From the NCBI GenBank assembly GCA_963676795.2, contig CAXXTB010000002.1:160001-224000 (forward strand): a stretch of 64,000 nucleotides of DNA, written 5' to 3'. A program made the position numbers and the translations under genes. This stretch comes from Geopsychrobacteraceae bacterium (GTDB taxonomy: Bacteria; Desulfobacterota; Desulfuromonadia; Desulfuromonadales; Geopsychrobacteraceae). Below the pieces are notes generated by a model, which saw only the letters and a list, made by a program, of their open reading frames with translations, did no database searches and was not told the DNA's origin. Every line of letters starts with the position of its first letter. Position 1 is the first letter of the stretch. Positions 39,723 through 48,773 of the stretch are shown one piece after another.

Positions 39723-39738
39723 TGGCATACAATCTGCT
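39723..39738 (+). promoter_or_regulatory. Sigma54 promoter for the motA operon
   Basis: TGGCATACAATCTGCT: GG(39724-5)-N10-GC(39736-7); AT-rich upstream. Confidence 0.7.
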
Positions 39739-39829
39739 TAGTATCAAAACGGCAGCTTTATGCTAGATTTTAGTGTCATCTTTTTGGACAGAAGAGTTGG
39801 CAGATTCTTGAAACGGATCGGGGAAAATT

Positions 39830-40594
39830 ATGGATATAGCCACTATAATCGGCCTGCTGGCGGCCTTCGGTTTGATGATCTCCGCTATCATGCAGGGCGG
39901 TTCGCTGATGATCTTCATCGATGTTGCTTCGATGATCATCGTTATTGGCGGAACTATCGGTACCATTCTGGTCCATTTCCCGCTAGGGGACATCCTCGGT
40001 GCATTCAACGTTGCCCGTAAGGCCTTTTTTCATAAATCACAGTCTCCGGTTGAGACCATTACAAAACTGACCACTTTCGCCGGCAAAGCGCGGAAAGAAG
40101 GGATACTTTCCCTGCAGTCTGTCATGAACGAGATCGATGACGATTTTTTTCTCAAGGGGTTGCAGATGGCAGTTGACGGCCAGGAACCGGAAGCCCTGAG
40201 TGATCTGCTCGACAAGGAGATCGAATATGTCATGGAACGTCATGACAAAGGGGCGGATATCTTTAGCGCCCTGGCCTCCTATTCTCCTGCGATGGGGATG
40301 ATCGGTACTCTGATCGGTCTGGTCCAGATGCTGCAGAATATGAGTGACCCATCTTCTATTGGTCCGGCGATGGCGGTTGCTCTGCTGACGACCTTTTACG
40401 GCGCGGTTATTGCCAACGTTATTGCGACGCCGATAGCCGGCAAACTGAAGTTACGCTCTGCCAGTGAAATTTTGAACAAAACCCTGATCAATGAGGGGAT
40501 GAAAGCGATTCTGGAAGGGGAGAATCCGCGCCTGATGGAGCAGCGCCTGCACGCTTTCATCGCCCCGAAACTGCGACAGAGCAATTTCAATTAA
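39830..40594 (+). CDS. motA: Flagellar stator A subunit (MotA/PomA)
   Basis: ARKEGILSL, PAMGMIGTLIGL, AVALLTTFYG, GENP. Confidence 0.96.
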   Translation: MDIATIIGLLAAFGLMISAIMQGGSLMIFIDVASMIIVIGGTIGTILVHFPLGDILGAFNVARKAFFHKSQSPVETITKLTTFAGKARKEGILSLQSVMNEIDDDFFLKGLQMAVDGQEPEALSDLLDKEIEYVMERHDKGADIFSALASYSPAMGMIGTLIGLVQMLQNMSDPSSIGPAMAVALLTTFYGAVIANVIATPIAGKLKLRSASEILNKTLINEGMKAILEGENPRLMEQRLHAFIAPKLRQSNFN

Positions 40595-40607
40595 GGCGGA
40601 TCTATCG

Positions 40608-41339
40608 ATGGCAGCCAAGAAACCAAAATGCCCTGCCGGGGCGCCGATGTGGATGGTGACCTTCAGTGATATGGTCACCCTGTTGTTGACTTTTTTCGTT
40701 CTGCTTTTGTCGATGGCCAACATGGACCAGATTAAATTTAATCAGGCCAGTGATTCTCTGGCCGGGGCATTCGGCGTTCTGGGCAGTGACCGTAAAACCG
40801 CTGTCGAACAGCCCCGGGTTGTTTCCTATTCACCGATGGATGACGATTTTACCTCCAGGGTTTATCGGCGGATCAAATCAAAACTGCGGGAACTCAAGCT
40901 CAATCGCGAGATCGAGGTGGTCAAGGATCGTGGCGCAGTTATCCTGCGGATTGATGAGGCTGTCCTCTTTACCAGTGGCAGCAGCGCCCTGCAACCTGAC
41001 GCTGAAGCTGTCCTGCGCAAGGTCGCCGAGCTGGTCAAGCCGCTGCCGCTCAACCTCAAGATCGAGGGGCATACCGATGATCAGGGGAATGAACTGAACA
41101 ACTGGAACCTGTCGGTCAACCGGGCCGTTGCTGTCCTGCGCTTTATGGCGACCAATGAGCTGGTGCCCTTGACCCGTATGGCGGCGACAGGTTACGGGTC
41201 CCAGAAACCTCTGTTCCCGAACAACAGTGAGCGGGAGCGGGCGCTGAACCGTCGGGTCGAATTCGTGCTCGAAAGCCAGGGGGATCCGAATCAGGAACTG
41301 CCTTACCTGATCGATGCCAGTGAACAGACCCCATTCTGA
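40608..41339 (+). CDS. motB: Flagellar stator B subunit (MotB/PomB)
   Basis: WMVTFSDMVTLLLTFFVLL TM with conserved Asp; OmpA domain EGHTD, NRRVE. Confidence 0.96.
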   Translation: MAAKKPKCPAGAPMWMVTFSDMVTLLLTFFVLLLSMANMDQIKFNQASDSLAGAFGVLGSDRKTAVEQPRVVSYSPMDDDFTSRVYRRIKSKLRELKLNREIEVVKDRGAVILRIDEAVLFTSGSSALQPDAEAVLRKVAELVKPLPLNLKIEGHTDDQGNELNNWNLSVNRAVAVLRFMATNELVPLTRMAATGYGSQKPLFPNNSERERALNRRVEFVLESQGDPNQELPYLIDASEQTPF

Positions 41340-41356
41340 CAGGAGTCAGAGCGGGG

Positions 41357-41384
41357 ATTTGAAATCTGAAATCTGATATTTGAA
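41357..41384. repeat. Four-unit heptamer tract between motB and fliL
   Basis: ATTTGAA ATCTGAA ATCTGAT ATTTGAA. Confidence 0.8.
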
Positions 41385-41419
41385 ATCTCGCTCGCTACGA
41401 GCGGGTGGAAGGAAAGACA

Positions 41420-41920
41420 ATGGCGAAAGAACCTGTAAAAGGCTCGGAAGAAGGCGGAAAGAAGGGGAAGAAAAAACTGCTCATCATCATTATCGTCGTT
41501 CTGGTTATGCTGATCGGTGGTGGAGTCGGAGCCTTTCTGTTTCTCAAGGGGGGCGGAATGGAAGACAAGATTTCTCCCGAGGAAGAACAGGCCCAGCTTG
41601 CAGCCCAGGCCCAGCAAGTCGGCCCGATGGTCAACATCGATTCCTTCATCGTCAATATTATCGACAGTGAAGAAAGCCGGTATCTCAAGGCCGCCATCAC
41701 CCTCGAGGTTGACAGCGATGCCGCTTCCCAGGAGCTGTCCCAGCGCATGCCGCAGATCAAGGATGCAATTCTGCTGCTGGTCGGCAACAAAACCTACACA
41801 GAACTGAACGATCTGCAGGGCAAGATTCAGCTGCGTGCCGAGCTGATCAATAAGATCAACAGCATCCTCAAGCAGGGTAAAGTGAAAAGAATCTATTTTA
41901 CCGATTTTGTGGTCCAGTAA
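41420..41920 (+). CDS. fliL: Flagellar protein FliL
   Basis: Basic N-terminus plus TM, FIVN, IYFTDFVVQ. Confidence 0.95.
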   Translation: MAKEPVKGSEEGGKKGKKKLLIIIIVVLVMLIGGGVGAFLFLKGGGMEDKISPEEEQAQLAAQAQQVGPMVNIDSFIVNIIDSEESRYLKAAITLEVDSDAASQELSQRMPQIKDAILLLVGNKTYTELNDLQGKIQLRAELINKINSILKQGKVKRIYFTDFVVQ

Positions 41921-41931
41921 AGGACAGCTGC

Positions 41932-42927
41932 GTGGAAAAGATACTCAGCAAAGATGAGATTGCCGACCTGTTGTCGGCGGTCCGGCATGGTGAAGTCGAT
42001 TTCGAAGAGGAAAATTCTGACGATTTTGTCACAGCCAGAAGAAAATCGGTCCAGAACTTCAACCTGGTCAGGTCGAACGAGCCGGAAAACTGGAGGTTGC
42101 GGAATTACGATCTGATCCTCGACAGTTTCGCGCGAAATTACTCTCTTGCGCTTTCATCGCGTTTTCAGAGGTCTCTTCAGGTTAAACTGGAAGCGATGGA
42201 GTCGATGCGTTTTGATGCCCTCCTTCAGCGCCTTTCCGGGCGAGGTGCGATCGGGGTTCTGGATCTCAGTCCCCTGGTCGGAGGTGCACTGCTGGTTTTC
42301 GATGAACAGCTGTCCTTTGCCCTGGTTGAAATCGTTCTTGGCGGCGATGCCGGAAATAAAACGGCAGTACCTGACAGAAGTATGACGGCGATTGAGCTGA
42401 ATGTGCTGCGTGATGTCATTCAATCAGCCTGTTCTGAGCTCAATAAAGGTTTTGATCAGCTTTTCAAGGTCGACACCTCTTTGCTGGAACTTGTCAGTAA
42501 TCTGCGTCTGCTCAATTTTGCGACTTCCGAGGTCGGTGTCGTTACGGCCCGCTTCCGGACGACTATAGACGGACTGGAAGGGAGTATTACCCTGGTCATT
42601 CCCCATACGGCCCTGGAGCCGTTGCAGAAAAAACAGCAGGCCAAGGCTGCGGCTGCGACGATTCAGGTGAACAGTAAATGGCAGACTTTTGTCTGTGATG
42701 AGCTGGAGCAGATGGAGGTTGAAGTCGAAGGGGTCCTGGCCAAGCTCAGTCTGCGGGTGAGGGATATTCTCAATTTTCAGGTCGGGGATGTGATCGAGCT
42801 GAACAGCAAGCCGGATGCCCCGTTGAGATTGATGGTTGAGAACCAACCGAAGTTTCTTGGGATGCCGGGGGTGCATGACGGCAAAAAAGCGATTCGTATA
42901 ATGGGGCGGATTCCCCATGGAGGTTAG
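41932..42927 (+). CDS. fliM: Motor switch protein FliM
   Basis: ILSKDEIADLL CheY-binding peptide, LGG, C-terminal SpoA domain. Confidence 0.94.
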   Translation: MEKILSKDEIADLLSAVRHGEVDFEEENSDDFVTARRKSVQNFNLVRSNEPENWRLRNYDLILDSFARNYSLALSSRFQRSLQVKLEAMESMRFDALLQRLSGRGAIGVLDLSPLVGGALLVFDEQLSFALVEIVLGGDAGNKTAVPDRSMTAIELNVLRDVIQSACSELNKGFDQLFKVDTSLLELVSNLRLLNFATSEVGVVTARFRTTIDGLEGSITLVIPHTALEPLQKKQQAKAAAATIQVNSKWQTFVCDELEQMEVEVEGVLAKLSLRVRDILNFQVGDVIELNSKPDAPLRLMVENQPKFLGMPGVHDGKKAIRIMGRIPHGG

Positions 42928-43243
42928 TATGATGAGTGACGAAGCGGTAGAAAACAATGGCCCGAAAGCCGGCGCCGGAGATGCGCGCGGGATTGATTTG
43001 CTGCTCGATATTCCACTGGAAATTTCTGTCGAGGTGGGGCGGACAAGAATTCTGGTGCGCGACCTGTTGCTACTGCAGGAAGGCTCATTGGTTGAGCTCG
43101 ACAAGCTGGCCGGTGAACCGCTCGATCTTTATGTCAATTCCAGGCTGATCGCGCGTGGTGAAGCGGTTGTTGTTAACGACAAGTTTGGCCTGCGTCTGAC
43201 CGATGTGGTCAGCCCGTCTGAACGGATCGAGAAGCTGGGTTAA
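42917..43243 (+). CDS. fliN: Motor switch protein FliN (start may be 42929 or 42932)
   Basis: LLDIPLEISVEVGR, LIARGEAVVVNDKFGLR. Confidence 0.95.
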   Translation: MEVSMMSDEAVENNGPKAGAGDARGIDLLLDIPLEISVEVGRTRILVRDLLLLQEGSLVELDKLAGEPLDLYVNSRLIARGEAVVVNDKFGLRLTDVVSPSERIEKLG

Positions 43244-43247
43244 ACGC

Positions 43248-43619
43248 ATGGCGCGTATGCTTATTGCTCTGCTGTTCGTGGCTCAGCCGGTCTGGGCCGC
43301 TGATGCCGGTGCTGCTCCGAGCCTGCTCGGCTCGGCCTTGAAGATGCTGGCCGTGATGGTCGTCCTGATCGGTATTCTGCTGCTCTTCTATGCGGCCAGC
43401 CGCAAAGGCTTTGGTGTCCTGCCGCAGCGCAAAGAAGGGTTGATCAAGGTCCTCGAGACCAAACCGCTGGGCGGGCGCAAGTTTCTCTGTGTGGTCAGGG
43501 TCGGTGGGGAGGAACTGCTGCTGGGCTTGAGCCATGACCGGATTGAATGTCTGAGCAAGCTGACTCCCCGCAAGGACTTCTCTCAGACGCTAGATCAGGC
43601 AGAGAAGGACGAGTCATGA
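43248..43619 (+). CDS. fliO: Flagellar protein FliO/FliZ
   Basis: TM plus IKVLETKPLGG...VVRVG...LLLG; located between fliN and fliP. Confidence 0.88.
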   Translation: MARMLIALLFVAQPVWAADAGAAPSLLGSALKMLAVMVVLIGILLLFYAASRKGFGVLPQRKEGLIKVLETKPLGGRKFLCVVRVGGEELLLGLSHDRIECLSKLTPRKDFSQTLDQAEKDES

Positions 43620-44356
43620 GAAGCAAACTGTTACTGCTGTTGATTCTGGTTCTCCTGCCGAGGACGCTTTTTGCCGCAGGCTTGCCGACCATCACTCTCG
43701 GTGTCGGCGAGGCCAACTCGCCGGGTGAGGTTTCAACGGCCATCCAGATCCTGCTGCTGCTGACCATTTTGTCGGTGGCACCGGCAATTCTGTTGATGAC
43801 CACCGGTTTTACCCGGATCGTCATCGTCTTGTCTTTCGTGCGTCAGGCGATGGGGACTCAAGGGGCACCATCCAACCAGATTGTCATCGGGCTTTCCCTG
43901 TTTCTGACCTTCTTTGTTATGGCGCCGGTTTTCAGTCAAATAAATGAACAGGCTCTGCAGCCCTATCTGCAGCAGCAGATCAATCAGGAGAAGGCGATCA
44001 CCGAGGCGATCAAGCCGATGCGTGAGTTCATGTTTTCCCAGGTGTCCGAGCAGGATCTGCAACTCCTGGTCGATATCTCCAGATCGCCCCAACCGGAAAA
44101 CAAGGACGATGTCTCAACTCTGACCCTGATTCCTGCCTTTATGCTTTCAGAACTCAAGCGCGCCTTTCAGATGGGGTTTCTGCTCTTCGTTCCTTTTCTG
44201 GTGATCGATATGATCGTCGCTTCGATCCTGATGGCGATGGGGATGATGATGTTGCCACCGGTTATCGTTTCCCTGCCGTTCAAAATTCTGCTTTTTGTGC
44301 TGGTTGACGGCTGGTCGCTGGTGATCGGTTCTCTGGTTCAGAGTTTCGGGACCTGA
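43616..44356 (+). CDS. fliP: Export gate protein FliP
   Basis: FTRIVIVL, PAFMLSELK, MGMMMLPP, FVLVDGW. Confidence 0.97.
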   Translation: MRSKLLLLLILVLLPRTLFAAGLPTITLGVGEANSPGEVSTAIQILLLLTILSVAPAILLMTTGFTRIVIVLSFVRQAMGTQGAPSNQIVIGLSLFLTFFVMAPVFSQINEQALQPYLQQQINQEKAITEAIKPMREFMFSQVSEQDLQLLVDISRSPQPENKDDVSTLTLIPAFMLSELKRAFQMGFLLFVPFLVIDMIVASILMAMGMMMLPPVIVSLPFKILLFVLVDGWSLVIGSLVQSFGT

Positions 44357-44375
44357 ATGTTGGGAGGACCTTCTC

Positions 44376-44645
44376 ATGACTCCTGAATTTGTTGTCAACA
44401 TCGGCCGCCAGGCGATCGAAACGGTTTTGGTCTGCGCCGCACCGATGCTGATCGTTGCCCTGCTGGTCGGTCTGATTATCAGCATCTTTCAGGCCGCGAC
44501 ACAGATCAATGAACAGACCATGACCTTCATTCCGAAGATCGTCGGGGTGTTTATTACGTTGCTGTTTTTCGCCCCCTGGATTATGCAGAAGACCATGGCT
44601 TTCATCACCATGATTTTCAGTCAGCTGCCGAATATCGGACACTGA
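44376..44645 (+). CDS. fliQ: Export gate protein FliQ
   Basis: FQAATQINEQTMTFIPK. Confidence 0.97.
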   Translation: MTPEFVVNIGRQAIETVLVCAAPMLIVALLVGLIISIFQAATQINEQTMTFIPKIVGVFITLLFFAPWIMQKTMAFITMIFSQLPNIGH

Positions 44646-44646
44646 T

Positions 44647-45423
44647 ATGGAGCTCCCCGAGTTCTCCCTGCCCCTGTTGCAGGGGTTTCTGATCTGCCTT
44701 GCGCGCATTGCCGCCATGTTTTCCGCTATTCCCGTTTTCAGCGGTGCCCAGATCCCTTTTCAGCTGCGCGTCGCAGTCGCTTTCCTGTTCTCCCTGATCA
44801 CCTATCCGGTTGTTGAACGCTTCCTGCCGGCTCAAAGCTTTACGCCGCTTGAGCTTGGCCTGGTCGTAGCTGGAGAGATCGTCCTCGGCCTGCTGGTCGG
44901 ATTCCTCGCTCAGCTGGTCTTTATGGCGGCTGAATTTGCCGGTTCGATCATCGGTTACAAGATGGGCTTTGCCGCAGCCAATGTCTTTGATCCGACCACC
45001 CAGCAGCAGGTTGCACTGATTTCCCAGTTTCAGGGAATTCTGGCGATCCTTTTGTTTCTCAGCCTGAACGTTCATCATCTGTTTCTGCGGGCGATTGTGA
45101 CCTCCTTTGAAATGCTGCCTCCGGGCGGACTCAACCTTAAGGGTGGGGCTATCCCGATGATTGTCGAAGTGCTCAATCATTCTTTTGTGCTCAGCATCAG
45201 GCTTGTCGCCCCTATTCTTGTCCTGCTGATTCTTTCCGTTTTAATTCTCGGCGTCATGGGCCGGGTTTTCCCCCAGCTCAACGTCTTTCTGCTCTCCTTT
45301 CCGCTCAATATCGGCATCGCCTTTATCGTTATGGGCCTGACCCTCGGGGTGATGGCCAGTATGCTCACTGAAGAATTTTCTCAACTTTCGGAACGATTTT
45401 TGCGTCTATTCAGTTTGATGTGA
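44647..45423 (+). CDS. fliR: Export gate protein FliR
   Basis: Hydrophobic; FAG....MGF, PQLNVF...FP. Confidence 0.95.
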   Translation: MELPEFSLPLLQGFLICLARIAAMFSAIPVFSGAQIPFQLRVAVAFLFSLITYPVVERFLPAQSFTPLELGLVVAGEIVLGLLVGFLAQLVFMAAEFAGSIIGYKMGFAAANVFDPTTQQQVALISQFQGILAILLFLSLNVHHLFLRAIVTSFEMLPPGGLNLKGGAIPMIVEVLNHSFVLSIRLVAPILVLLILSVLILGVMGRVFPQLNVFLLSFPLNIGIAFIVMGLTLGVMASMLTEEFSQLSERFLRLFSLM

Positions 45424-45523
45424 CCTTCCTGGCTGCTGGTGCCAAAATTCCGGCATGGAAGACTTCATAGAACTCTGATTTTTGGACTGTGTCAAAATTG
45501 TTGCCGCAGCCGGAGATGCGAAG

Positions 45524-46582
45524 ATGGCGGAAGAATCCGGACAGGAACGGACAGAGAATGCGACCGGTAAGCGGAGGAAGGATTTCCGTGACAAGGGGCA
45601 GGTTGCACAAAGCAAAGAGGTCGGAACCGCAGCTCTGCTGACGACCTCGTTGCTGCTCTGGGTCTTCTATGCCAGGTATTTCTGGAGAGATCTGGAGTCA
45701 ATTTATCGCGAGGTTTTTGAGCTGATGGCTCACCTCGAGGTGACCAGTCAGTCGATGACCCTGTTCGGCTGGCAGGTTGCGAAATTCATGATCGGGCTGC
45801 TCTGGCCGATCTTTCTGCTGACGCTGGTGGTCGGTTTCTTTGCCTCATTTCTTCAGGTTGGTCCGCTCTTTTCGACCAAGGTCTTCAAGCCTGATATCGC
45901 CAAATTCAACCCGATCAAAGGGATGTCCAAATTCGTCTCCAAGCGCAGTGCCGTTGAATTGGTCAAGTCTCTGGCCAAGGTCGCGCTGATCGGGTTTATC
46001 GCCTACAAGACGGTTGCCGGAGAATTTGACGCGGCCCTGACCCTGGTTTCCCAGGATCTTCACCAGATGCTGGTTTTCCTCGCCCATGTCGCCTTCCTGG
46101 TGTTCGCCAAATGCTGCGGGGTGATTATTGTGCTGGCGATCATAGATTTCGGTTTCAGTAAATATGAGATGGAGCAACGGATGAAGATGACCAAGCAGGA
46201 AATCAAAGAAGAGCACAAGGAAACGGAAGGGGATCCGAAGGTCAAGTCGCGGATCCGTTCGATGCAGATGCAGGCAGCCCGGCGGCGGATGATGGCGGAG
46301 GTGCCGAAGGCCGATGTCATCATCACCAATCCGACCCACCTGTCGGTGGCTTTAAGTTATGAGCGGGGGAGTATGGGGGCGCCGAAGATTATCGCCAAGG
46401 GGGCGGATCATGTGGCCTTCAGGATCCGTGAAATCGCCCGCGAACACAAGATTCCTATCATTGAAAACAAGCCGGTGGCACGGGCTTTGTACAAGCAGGA
46501 GATAGGGGAAGAAATTCCTGAAGAAATGTTTACCGCTGTAGCCGAGATTCTGGCCTACGTCTACAGCCTGAAGAAGCATTAA
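45524..46582 (+). CDS. flhB: Export switch protein FlhB
   Basis: GQVAQSKE, EGDP.VK, NPTH autocleavage site. Confidence 0.97.
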   Translation: MAEESGQERTENATGKRRKDFRDKGQVAQSKEVGTAALLTTSLLLWVFYARYFWRDLESIYREVFELMAHLEVTSQSMTLFGWQVAKFMIGLLWPIFLLTLVVGFFASFLQVGPLFSTKVFKPDIAKFNPIKGMSKFVSKRSAVELVKSLAKVALIGFIAYKTVAGEFDAALTLVSQDLHQMLVFLAHVAFLVFAKCCGVIIVLAIIDFGFSKYEMEQRMKMTKQEIKEEHKETEGDPKVKSRIRSMQMQAARRRMMAEVPKADVIITNPTHLSVALSYERGSMGAPKIIAKGADHVAFRIREIAREHKIPIIENKPVARALYKQEIGEEIPEEMFTAVAEILAYVYSLKKH

Positions 46583-46676
46583 CATTTGATATGACAGAGA
46601 TTTTAGAAAAAAATTAGCAGCTTTTTAACTGGGTCGGAAAATTGACAGGCTGTCAGAAAGCGGACGACGGAGATAG

Positions 46677-48773
46677 ATGGATATGGCAACTCTCGATGGA
46701 ATAATGCAGCAACGTTGGAAAGAAATGCTGATGCGCAGCGATATCCTTGTCGCTTTCGGACTGGTCCTGATTCTGATGCTGATGATTCTGCCGGTTCCGC
46801 CGCTGCTGCTTGACCTTTTCCTGTCGATGAACATCACCATCGGGCTGCTGATCCTGATTATCGCCCTGTATACGACAAAGGCCCTCGATTTTGCCATTTT
46901 CCCCAGCATCCTGCTGATCACGACCCTGTTTCGCCTCTCGCTCAACGTCGCATCGACCCGTCTGATCCTGCTTCACGGTGACGAAGGTCCGTCAGCGGCC
47001 GGGACCGTCATCCAGTCGTTCGGTCAGTTTGTCGTCGGCGGCAACTATGTTGTCGGTATCGTCATCTTTGTCATTCTGGTCATCATCAATTTCATGGTTA
47101 TCACCAAGGGCGCCGGGCGGATCGCCGAGGTCGCCGCGCGTTTTACCCTGGATGCGATGCCGGGCAAGCAGATGGCCATCGATGCCGATCTCAACGCCGG
47201 ACTGATCAATGAAGATGACGCCCGGACCAGACGCATGGAGGTCGCTTCTGAAGCGGATTTCTACGGCGCGATGGACGGTGCCAGCAAGTTCGTCAAGGGG
47301 GACGCCGTCGCCGGTATCATCATTACCATGATCAATATCGGCGCGGGGTTTGTCATCGGTGTCATGCAGAAGGGGATGCCGATGGCCGAAGCTGCTGCAA
47401 ACTATACGATTCTGACCGTCGGTGACGGTCTGGTCGGCCAGATTCCGGCGCTGATCATTTCCACCGGGGCCGGTATCATGGTCACCCGGACGGCTGGCGA
47501 CGAGGATTTCGGCAGCCAGATGAAGAGACAGTTCTCCGTTCATCCCCGCGCTCTGTGGGTGGTCTCCGCAACCCTGCTGGTCTTTGCTCTGATCCCGGGT
47601 CTGCCGCACCTGCCGTTTCTGTTCCTCTCTGTCATCGTTGGGGTCATCGCCTGGCGGGTCCAGAAGGCCGAAAAAGAGCAGCAGCTGGAAGCGGCGAGGC
47701 CTGAACTGCCGGCGCCGAAACAGCTGGAAGAAGAAAACTACGAGAAGATGCTCAGTGTTGACCTCCTTGAAATGGAAGTCGGCTATGGCCTGATTCCGCT
47801 GGTCGATACGGCGCAGAACGGGGAACTGCTGCCGCGCATCAAGTCGATCCGCCGCCAGTTTGCTCTCGACATGGGCTTCATTGTCCCGCCGGTGCATATC
47901 AAAGACAACCTGCAGCTCAAGCCGAACGAGTATGCCATTGTCCTTAAGGGGGTCAAGATCGGCGGTGGCGAACTGCTGCCCGGCCATTTCCTGGCGATGA
48001 ATCCGGGCACCGCGACCGAGGTGATCAAGGGGGTCAATACCGTCGAACCGGCCTTCGGTCTGCCGGCGGTATGGATTTCCGAAGACAAGAAGGAGCGCGC
48101 CCAGATCTCCGGTTATACGGTCGTCGACAATACCACCGTTGTCGCCACCCACTTAAGCGAACTGATCAAGCGTCACGGTCATGAACTGCTCGGCCGTCAG
48201 GAGACCCAGAATCTGCTTGACAACCTGGCCCACGACTATCCGAAGCTGGTCGAGGAGCTGGTACCAAACCTGCTCAGCCTCGGTGTCATCATGCGTGTTC
48301 TGCAAAATCTGCTGCGCGAAGGCGTTTCTGTGCGCGATCTGCGAACTATTTTGGAGACTTTGGCAGATTGGGCACCAGTTGTGCATGATCCAGATCAACT
48401 GACCGAACATGTCAGGGCTGTGATGGCCCGCTCGATCAGTAACAACTACAGTGAAGATGGGCAGGTACTTGAAGTGATGACCTTTGACCGCAAAGTCGAA
48501 AACATGATCCAGGAAGCGCTCCACACCACGGATCACGGTGCATATCTGGCTCTCGAGCCGGGTTTCGCCCAGGCGCTGATCAACAGCCTGAACAAGACTC
48601 TGCAGAAGGTGACGGCGGCGACACCGGTGCTGTTGTGTACGCCAACAATCCGACTCCATGTCAAAAGGTTGACTGAACGTTATCTGCCGAATCTGGCAAT
48701 TATCTCTCACAACGAGATCGCGCCTCATATGAAGGTCCGGTCGATAGGAACGGTGACTGTCGATGTTGGTTAG
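46677..48773 (+). CDS. flhA: Export protein FlhA
   Basis: FRLSLNVASTR, EVAARFTLDAMPGKQMAIDAD, FYGAMDGASKFV. Confidence 0.98.
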   Translation: MDMATLDGIMQQRWKEMLMRSDILVAFGLVLILMLMILPVPPLLLDLFLSMNITIGLLILIIALYTTKALDFAIFPSILLITTLFRLSLNVASTRLILLHGDEGPSAAGTVIQSFGQFVVGGNYVVGIVIFVILVIINFMVITKGAGRIAEVAARFTLDAMPGKQMAIDADLNAGLINEDDARTRRMEVASEADFYGAMDGASKFVKGDAVAGIIITMINIGAGFVIGVMQKGMPMAEAAANYTILTVGDGLVGQIPALIISTGAGIMVTRTAGDEDFGSQMKRQFSVHPRALWVVSATLLVFALIPGLPHLPFLFLSVIVGVIAWRVQKAEKEQQLEAARPELPAPKQLEEENYEKMLSVDLLEMEVGYGLIPLVDTAQNGELLPRIKSIRRQFALDMGFIVPPVHIKDNLQLKPNEYAIVLKGVKIGGGELLPGHFLAMNPGTATEVIKGVNTVEPAFGLPAVWISEDKKERAQISGYTVVDNTTVVATHLSELIKRHGHELLGRQETQNLLDNLAHDYPKLVEELVPNLLSLGVIMRVLQNLLREGVSVRDLRTILETLADWAPVVHDPDQLTEHVRAVMARSISNNYSEDGQVLEVMTFDRKVENMIQEALHTTDHGAYLALEPGFAQALINSLNKTLQKVTAATPVLLCTPTIRLHVKRLTERYLPNLAIISHNEIAPHMKVRSIGTVTVDVG

